Shown here in pieces: positions 58,120 to 64,000 of a DNA stretch of 64,000 nt (positions are counted from its first letter, which is position 1; every line of letters begins with the position of its first letter). The DNA lies in assembly GCA_944392315.1 (NCBI GenBank), contig CALXWH010000001.1, forward strand, positions 64,703 through 128,702, read 5' to 3'. Origin of the DNA: an uncultured Alphaproteobacteria bacterium. GTDB lineage: Bacteria; Pseudomonadota; Alphaproteobacteria; RF32; CAG-239. Under the pieces are notes generated by a model. The model was given only the letters and a program-made list of their open reading frames with translations. It was not told the origin of the DNA and made no database searches. The position numbers and the translations under genes were made by a program.

Positions 58120-60249
58120 CTATACTCTTGAAACGAAACTTACTACTTTTGATGCTTTTAATGCGGCTATAATATCGTTCAAATGATCGGTATTTTTAAC
58201 ATCCACATCAATCAGTATCTCAAAATAACTAATCGTTCTATAGACAATATTCAAGTTGGCTATATTAGCATTTTGTCTGGCTATCAGATTTGACAACTCT
58301 CCTAATGTACCCGGTTCGTTACTTATCATAACTTTTATTCTGGCGGTATGATTTTCGGTTTCAGCATCTTCACCCCATGAAATATCCAACCACCTTTCCG
58401 GCTCATCTGCATACTTTTCTAGCGCTTTACATGAAAGCGAGTGTACGGCAACACCTTTTCCCGTTGTTACAATACCCACAATTCTATCGCCTGGTATCGG
58501 GTGGCAGCATCCGGCAAAATGTACAGCCATCCCCGTAATCAAACCTTCTATTTTAAGCGCGTTATTTTTCTTCTTTTTTGCTTTTGTTGATAATTTGATA
58601 GAATTAACGACCTGGGTAATTTTAGATTGTTTGTAGGCCGGATATACCGTTCTTAACACGTCCCAGCCGGTTACCAAGCCTTCACCCACTTTTGCATACA
58701 AATCTTCCATGCTCTCGCATTCAAAATGTGGTAAAGTGGCATAAATCGCTTTTTCGTTAAATTCTAAATTTTCTTGTTTAAATAGTTTTTCCAGAATATC
58801 TTTTCCGAGAGATAAAAATTGTTCGCGCTTGCATGCACGAACATATCTGCGAATCGCTGCTTTTGCTTTTCCGGTAACGACAAAGCGTTCCCATTCTGTG
58901 GATGGGTGTTGTGCTTTGGAGGTTAAGACCTCTACTTGGTCGCCATTTTGCAATACGCTTCTTAATGGTTTGATTTCACCGTTAATTTTTGCCCCGACAC
59001 ATCTATCACCCACGCTTGAGTGAACCGCATAGGCAAAATCTACCGGTGTTGAGCCATACGGCAGACCGATTAAATCTCCTTTTGGCGTAAAGCAAAATAC
59101 TTGGTCGTTGTACATTTCCAATTTGGTATTTTCCAAGAACTCGTCCGGATTTTGAGCTTGTTCCAAAATCTCCAATAATTCTCGTATCCAGCGGAAACTT
59201 TTACCTTCAACTTTTTGTCCTTGTTTATAGGCCCAATGTGCGGCCACGCCCTTTTCATTGATTTCGTGCATTTCGTGTGTACGAATCTGAATCTCAATTC
59301 GGGTATTTTCCGGCCCAATAACACCGGTATGTATTGACTGGTAGCCGTTTGGTTTTGGTGTTGATATATAATCTTTGAAACGGCGCGGTACCATATGATA
59401 TTTGCTGTGAATGACACCTAAAGCCTGATAGCATGATGCAATATCATCCACACATATGCGAAAAGCCATAATATCTGACAATTGTTCAAATGATGCATTT
59501 TTTAATTGCATCTTGCGCCAAATAGAATACGGAGATTTCTCACGCCCTGTTACCGTCGCCTTTATGCCGTTTTCTTCCATATCTTTTTCTAATTGGCTGA
59601 TAATCTTCGGAACAAGATTGCTCCCCTGTTCTCTTAAGAAATTTAAACGCGCTACAATAGAATCGTGAGCTTCTTTATGTAATTCTGCAAAAGCTATTTC
59701 TTCTAATTCCGTTTTTATCTCTTGCATACCGATACGCTCAGCCAGCGGAGCATATATATCAAGCGTTTCTTTGGCTATTCTTTTTCTTTTTTCTTCCGGA
59801 CAAAAATGTAGCGTCCGAATATTATGCAAACGGTCCGCTAATTTGATGAGTAAGACTCGGATATCTTCTGACATAGCCAACAGTAATTTGCGGAAATTTT
59901 CTGCTTGTTTGCTGGAGCCAGATTTTTGTTCTATAATGGTTAATTTTGTGACACCGTCCACAATAGCTGCCACTTGTGGGCCAAATAATTCTTTTATTTC
60001 TTCTACCGTTGTATCCGTATCTTCTACAGTATCGTGTAGAAGCCCCGCTATAATAGAATTACAATCCAAGCGAAATTTTGTTAAAATACCAGCTACTTCT
60101 ATCGGGTGTGAATAATATGGATCACCAGATGTTCTCATCTGGGCGCCATGTTTTTTCATTGCAAAAACATACGCTCTATTCAGTGCATCCTCATCTGCAT
60201 TTGGATCATACGACTTTACTATATCTACTAATTCATACTGTCTTAACAT
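58120..60249 (-). CDS. spoT: Bifunctional (p)ppGpp synthetase/hydrolase (RelA/SpoT homologue, Rsh)
   Basis: HD domain (HPIEVAGIL...LHDTVEDT), synthetase domain (YQSIHT), then TGS and C-terminal ACT-like regions; 709 aa. Confidence 0.92.
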   Translation of the reverse strand: MLRQYELVDIVKSYDPNADEDALNRAYVFAMKKHGAQMRTSGDPYYSHPIEVAGILTKFRLDCNSIIAGLLHDTVEDTDTTVEEIKELFGPQVAAIVDGVTKLTIIEQKSGSSKQAENFRKLLLAMSEDIRVLLIKLADRLHNIRTLHFCPEEKRKRIAKETLDIYAPLAERIGMQEIKTELEEIAFAELHKEAHDSIVARLNFLREQGSNLVPKIISQLEKDMEENGIKATVTGREKSPYSIWRKMQLKNASFEQLSDIMAFRICVDDIASCYQALGVIHSKYHMVPRRFKDYISTPKPNGYQSIHTGVIGPENTRIEIQIRTHEMHEINEKGVAAHWAYKQGQKVEGKSFRWIRELLEILEQAQNPDEFLENTKLEMYNDQVFCFTPKGDLIGLPYGSTPVDFAYAVHSSVGDRCVGAKINGEIKPLRSVLQNGDQVEVLTSKAQHPSTEWERFVVTGKAKAAIRRYVRACKREQFLSLGKDILEKLFKQENLEFNEKAIYATLPHFECESMEDLYAKVGEGLVTGWDVLRTVYPAYKQSKITQVVNSIKLSTKAKKKKNNALKIEGLITGMAVHFAGCCHPIPGDRIVGIVTTGKGVAVHSLSCKALEKYADEPERWLDISWGEDAETENHTARIKVMISNEPGTLGELSNLIARQNANIANLNIVYRTISYFEILIDVDVKNTDHLNDIIAALKASKVVSFVSRV

Positions 60250-60293
60250 GCGACCTCTTTTTTTACCCCCGTTTGTTGATTATAGCGCGTTCA

Positions 60294-60328
60294 TAAAAAA
60301 AAGCAAGATAAGTTTACACTATCTTGCT
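60294..60328 (-). terminator. Intrinsic terminator between rpoZ and spoT (minus strand)
   Basis: On the minus strand: AGCAAGATA / TATCTTGCT 9-bp stem (60302..60328) followed by T8 (60294..60301). Confidence 0.65.
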
Positions 60329-60357
60329 TCTTCTTTTCTTAAAATTTATTAAACGAA

Positions 60358-60843
60358 TTAGTCGTCTAAATTGTCCATATCATCAGCGAAATCATCTTTG
60401 CCATCAAGCAAATCATCATCCAAATCAGAATCAGCATCATCTAAAGAGATATCATCACCATCTACATCCAAAGTTTCCCCATCGGAATCTTGAATTTGCA
60501 TATTATCGGCCAAAGCGGCATCCAAAACAGCATCTCCATCAAATTGAGTATCCAATCCGGATAATTCTTTCTCTGCTGCAAGAATCTCCAATTCTTCTTC
60601 TTCAGGCTCTTCTACTTCAACATGTTTCTGCAACCCCATTACCAATGATTTTTGCAAATCTTCAATATCTGCTTTGCCTTCAGCGATTTCACGAAGAGCC
60701 ACAACAGAGTTTTTATCATTATCTCTGTCTACTTTAATTGGAGCGCCTGCTTCAATATCTTTTGCGCGTTGTGCTGCAACCAATAACAACTCGTAGCGAT
60801 TTGGAATTTTTTCTACACAGTCCTCAACTGTTACACGTGCCAT
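60358..60843 (-). CDS. rpoZ: DNA-directed RNA polymerase subunit omega with extended poly-acidic tail
   Basis: [30 protein letters not shown]; 161 aa. The last roughly 70 aa are dominated by Asp, Glu and Leu. Confidence 0.92.
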   Translation of the reverse strand: MARVTVEDCVEKIPNRYELLLVAAQRAKDIEAGAPIKVDRDNDKNSVVALREIAEGKADIEDLQKSLVMGLQKHVEVEEPEEEELEILAAEKELSGLDTQFDGDAVLDAALADNMQIQDSDGETLDVDGDDISLDDADSDLDDDLLDGKDDFADDMDNLDD

Positions 60844-60932
60844 TTTAATCCATCCTTAAAATTATTTTTTACACTTTGTGTGACTTTATACACAAGACCG
60901 TTATGAAATGCAACTATTTTTTTTGAAAAACT

Positions 60933-62198
60933 TTAGTAAAATATTGGAGCTGTCAACATCATACCTTTGATTTTGAGGAATTTTTTAGAAAGTTCTTCAT
61001 AATATGGGCGTGTTGCCTCCACATCTCCCTTTAATACCGTATACATTTTGACGATAGCGGCTTCTGTTGCAAACATCTCATCCTTCCATTTTTTGGGTAG
61101 CTGATTAATATATTTATCATAATATCCGCGACGGTGATATCTGACTGCATAGGCGATGGATTGGTTTGCATCCAATACGCGAAAAGCCTTAACGGTTTTA
61201 TCGCAGGTATATGCCCATTCCTCCGGACTAAATCCTTCTTTGACGACAATGGAGGCAAAGTCATTATATAAACCAGCAAATCTGGTTTTCAGAACCAAGC
61301 GTTGACAGGGGTTAACTATGTCTTTCAGGGAATTTTGCATTAACGATGTACCATGCTCTTGCTCCCAGATATCCAGAAGAGTTTCGCCGATTATCAGCTT
61401 TGAAAAATTGCGCATATTATCTTTCATCCCAAATTCCATAATAGCGTCTATGGTATTTGTGAAAGCAGCCACATCTTTTGTCGTCAGAGGCGACGTCAGT
61501 GTGGGTGACAGTGTTCTTAACTTACCGCTCATGACTGATGCCGGTTTTGTTTTTTTGACTGCTAATGCAGGGAGCATCTCTGCTGTTTTGCTGGGCAAAT
61601 CTGCTTTTTCTCGCAAATAATCCGGCAACTCTATATCAACCTTCGGCTTTCTTACTCTTTTTTGTTTGGGGCGATCTAAATCTTCCGGTTTCTTCTCTCC
61701 CCATATTTCTGGCATTAACAAGAAATATAGTGCTGGCGACATAAACTCAAGATTTTCCACACCTTTCATCCGCTCTGCCACATCTTCAGGAAATTTATTT
61801 TTCGTTTCTTTAATTCCCGGCATATTTAATATTTTTTCTGACATTCCGGGGATTTGGTGTAGCATTGGGCCTATATATTGGTACGACTCTTTTGGGAGCC
61901 ACCCGATTACTTCCATTAACTCATCTTCATAACTATTTTTTAAGCGTCCCTCGCTCATCCCATAAAATCTAATTGTCTGGCTAAATTCTTTTTTAAACTG
62001 GTTTCCCATTTTTAAGCGCGAATCGTATCCTTTGTCGTATAATCTATACTTAGAATCTAGCTTTTTGATATACTCATTTATATCCGGTATCTCCATTTGC
62101 ATATCTACACGAAAATATTTATCATAATCAGATAATTTCGCAGAAACATTTTGTGTTGTTGTCAGTAGAGCCAAGACGATTAGTAATAGTTTTTTCAT
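60933..62198 (-). CDS. Hypothetical secreted protein (421 aa)
   Basis: Signal peptide MKKLLLIVLALLTTTQNVSA; central Lys/Pro-rich linker; no family recognised. Confidence 0.55.
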   Translation of the reverse strand: MKKLLLIVLALLTTTQNVSAKLSDYDKYFRVDMQMEIPDINEYIKKLDSKYRLYDKGYDSRLKMGNQFKKEFSQTIRFYGMSEGRLKNSYEDELMEVIGWLPKESYQYIGPMLHQIPGMSEKILNMPGIKETKNKFPEDVAERMKGVENLEFMSPALYFLLMPEIWGEKKPEDLDRPKQKRVRKPKVDIELPDYLREKADLPSKTAEMLPALAVKKTKPASVMSGKLRTLSPTLTSPLTTKDVAAFTNTIDAIMEFGMKDNMRNFSKLIIGETLLDIWEQEHGTSLMQNSLKDIVNPCQRLVLKTRFAGLYNDFASIVVKEGFSPEEWAYTCDKTVKAFRVLDANQSIAYAVRYHRRGYYDKYINQLPKKWKDEMFATEAAIVKMYTVLKGDVEATRPYYEELSKKFLKIKGMMLTAPIFY

Positions 62199-62332
62199 TT
62201 TAACATTTCCTTTTTACTTTTCTAACCTATTCTATTCAAAAAGAATTTAAAAAAACGTTATACTTGCATTTTAAATACAAATAGATTATGATTTTGCGCA
62301 AATGGGCAAATAATGTTATGGAGAAAAAAAAT

Positions 62333-62824
62333 ATGATTTGGACCGATGAAGCCGTTGAAGAATTAAAAAGAATGTGGGACAAAGGTATGACAACCGGACA
62401 AATAGCTAAGACCTTGAACGTTACAAAAAACTCTATTATCGGTAAAGTTCATCGTTTATGCTTAACAGCCAGACCTTCTCCGATTAAAAAATCTACAGCT
62501 CCCAAAACTGAGGCTAAACAGGTAAAAACTGTCAATAAATCTGTTCCTGATCACGAAGTAGATAAAAATCAGAAATCCTTAAACAAATCAGCAGAAAGCA
62601 GCTCTTCAAAAAGTAACGATAAAGAGTTTTCGGTTAGAGATAATTCTTATACAGAAGAGACTAATATTCCTTTGGTTAAATTAGATAATCATACTTGCAG
62701 ATGGCCGATTGGTGATCCTCGTGATGATGATTTTTGTTTTTGCGGTAAACGCGTTAAAACCGGTCAGACCTATTGCGAAGAGCATGCGGCTATTGCTTAT
62801 GTTAAACCGGGAAAGAAAATCTAA
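62333..62824 (+). CDS. gcrA: GcrA cell-cycle regulator
   Basis: MIWTDEAVEELKRMWDKGMTTGQIAKTLNVTKNSIIGKVHRL N-terminal domain. C-terminal CRWPIGDP...FCFCG...YCEEHAAIAY. GGAG RBS upstream of ATG 62333. Confidence 0.9.
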   Translation: MIWTDEAVEELKRMWDKGMTTGQIAKTLNVTKNSIIGKVHRLCLTARPSPIKKSTAPKTEAKQVKTVNKSVPDHEVDKNQKSLNKSAESSSSKSNDKEFSVRDNSYTEETNIPLVKLDNHTCRWPIGDPRDDDFCFCGKRVKTGQTYCEEHAAIAYVKPGKKI

Positions 62825-62846
62825 TCTCTTTAATATTGTTTCTATT

Positions 62847-62876
62847 GGCGCGCTCTTTTCAGCGCGCTTTATTTTT
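62847..62876 (+). terminator. Intrinsic terminator after gcrA
   Basis: GCGCGCT / AGCGCGC GC-rich stem followed by TTTATTTTT. Confidence 0.8.
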
Positions 62877-62891
62877 CAGGTTTGAGTTATC

Positions 62892-63590
62892 ATGTATAGT
62901 GAGAAATTTACAAAATTCATTGAGATGTGGCAAAAAGAATTTGCCATAGAGCGTACTATTGATGAAAAAGTTTGTATTGATAGAGATGGTAATCCCATTC
63001 CGTGGTATACTTATCCAGCTATTGAGTATCTTTCTCAATTTGATGTTTCCGATAAAGAAGTCTTTGAGTTTGGTTGCGGAAACTCATCTTTGTTTTGGGC
63101 GGGTCGTGCCAAAAAAGTTACAAGTATTGAGGATAACCTTACTTGGTTTGATAAATGGAAACACGAGTTTGTTCGCGACAACCTTGATATTCGCTGGCGC
63201 GATGAAGGTGATGGATATTTTAATGCCATATTTGAAGATAATAAAAAATATGACATTATCATTGTTGACGGGAAAAGGCGTGCGGACTGTGCACGGACAG
63301 CCGTTGAAGCCCTCAATAACGGGGGGCTCATCATTTTAGATGACAGCGACCGCATTAACACCAGCAAAGAATATGTTGATGCTGTACATTATCTTAAACA
63401 AGCTGATTTATTACAAGTTGATTTTTATGGTTTTTGCCCCATGAACAATTATACCAAAACAACTTCCCTCTTTTTTAGCAGAGATTTTAGATTTCCAACA
63501 CTTTATACCATTCAACCTATCAACGGTTGGGGAAATTTGTGGAGTATGGGAAGAAAAAACCGTAAAGAGTTTTTTAAGGTTAATAAATAA
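62892..63590 (+). CDS. Class I SAM-dependent methyltransferase-like protein (Methyltransf_24/TylF-like)
   Basis: Motif I-like VFEFGCGNSSLFW. Acidic loop SIEDN. IIIVDGKRRADCARTAVEALNNGGLIILDDSDR resembles the D-G-x-H...GG.I..DD pattern. Confidence 0.5.
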   Translation: MYSEKFTKFIEMWQKEFAIERTIDEKVCIDRDGNPIPWYTYPAIEYLSQFDVSDKEVFEFGCGNSSLFWAGRAKKVTSIEDNLTWFDKWKHEFVRDNLDIRWRDEGDGYFNAIFEDNKKYDIIIVDGKRRADCARTAVEALNNGGLIILDDSDRINTSKEYVDAVHYLKQADLLQVDFYGFCPMNNYTKTTSLFFSRDFRFPTLYTIQPINGWGNLWSMGRKNRKEFFKVNK

Positions 63591-63613
63591 CTTTCTCTTT
63601 TTTTTAAAATGGT

Positions 63614-64000
63614 CTATTTCAGCGCTAGCTTTGCGGCAATTTTTTCTGCTATCTTTTCATAAGCATTAGCATATGGGCTATCCGGTTCGCTTTGTACAAT
63701 TGGTGTTCCGGCATCTGAATTGGCTCGTATATCGTAGTGCAGCGGAATCTCCCCTAAAAAATCAACATTTAGCCTTTTGGCGGTTTTTTCTGCTCCAGCA
63801 TGTCCGAAAATATCTGCGCGATGTCCACATTTTTCACAAATGTAATAGCTCATATTTTCTATAATTCCCAAAACAGGCACACCGATTTTGTTAAAAAGAT
63901 TTATTCCTTTTATCGCATCTATTAACGCAATATCTTGTGGCGTTGAAACGATTATTGCTCCTGAAAAATTGATTTTTTGAGACATCGTTATCTGTATATC
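63614..64000 (-). CDS. apbC: Fe-S cluster carrier ATPase Mrp/ApbC (C-terminal part; 5' end beyond window)
   Basis: The reading frame stays open to base 64000. GAIIVSTPQDIALIDAIKGINLF...GIIENMSYYICEKCGHRADIFG carries the Mrp/NBP35 CxxC motif. Confidence 0.85.
   Translation of the reverse strand, partial: DIQITMSQKINFSGAIIVSTPQDIALIDAIKGINLFNKIGVPVLGIIENMSYYICEKCGHRADIFGHAGAEKTAKRLNVDFLGEIPLHYDIRANSDAGTPIVQSEPDSPYANAYEKIAEKIAAKLALK

Noticed and set aside
60324-60737. 137-aa His/Pro/Leu-rich + strand ORF
   Set aside because: It is the antisense reading of the GAT/GAA-rich acidic tail of rpoZ.

Overview
This is a 64-kb, gene-dense, low-GC bacterial chromosome segment. I place it in the Alphaproteobacteria from marker content: GcrA, DUF2155 next to MlaD, a Cys-poor L36, leuS-lptE-holA, rpoZ-rsh, YbjN and AsmA. 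The standard code applies, since TAA, TAG and TGA all terminate genes. I support 54 CDS. Two are partial at the window edges. Two are absent from the ORF track: the minus-strand edge gene at 1..993 and a 41-aa rpmJ. I also call about 11 intrinsic terminators and a few promoter or operator-like sites. I saw no rRNA, tRNA, CRISPR, IS/transposase, integrase, phage or toxin-antitoxin genes. The backbone is housekeeping: ileS, ruvX, cdd-punA-deoA, galU, dtd, lgt, queA, gap-pgk, leuS-lptE-holA, clpP-clpX, mlaC/mlaD, ettA, rpmJ, acpS, rsh, rpoZ, gcrA and apbC. Lineage-specific envelope and secreted genes are interspersed, and they are the interesting part. I found no clear-cut defence or mobile system. 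The best candidates for something undescribed are: (i) the locus at 44.3-48.6 kb, which pairs an orphan VirB8-family gene with a TolC-like lipoprotein carrying a cadherin-like domain and a GT-C membrane protein; (ii) a roughly 1166-aa membrane protein at 27.1-30.6 kb with a roughly 350-aa internal tandem duplication; (iii) an AT-rich three-gene islet at 4.3-7.0 kb containing an HExxH orphan; (iv) the edge-truncated ankyrin plus CxxCxxGY cysteine-repeat protein at 1-993. All family assignments come from motif recognition by eye. No searches were run.
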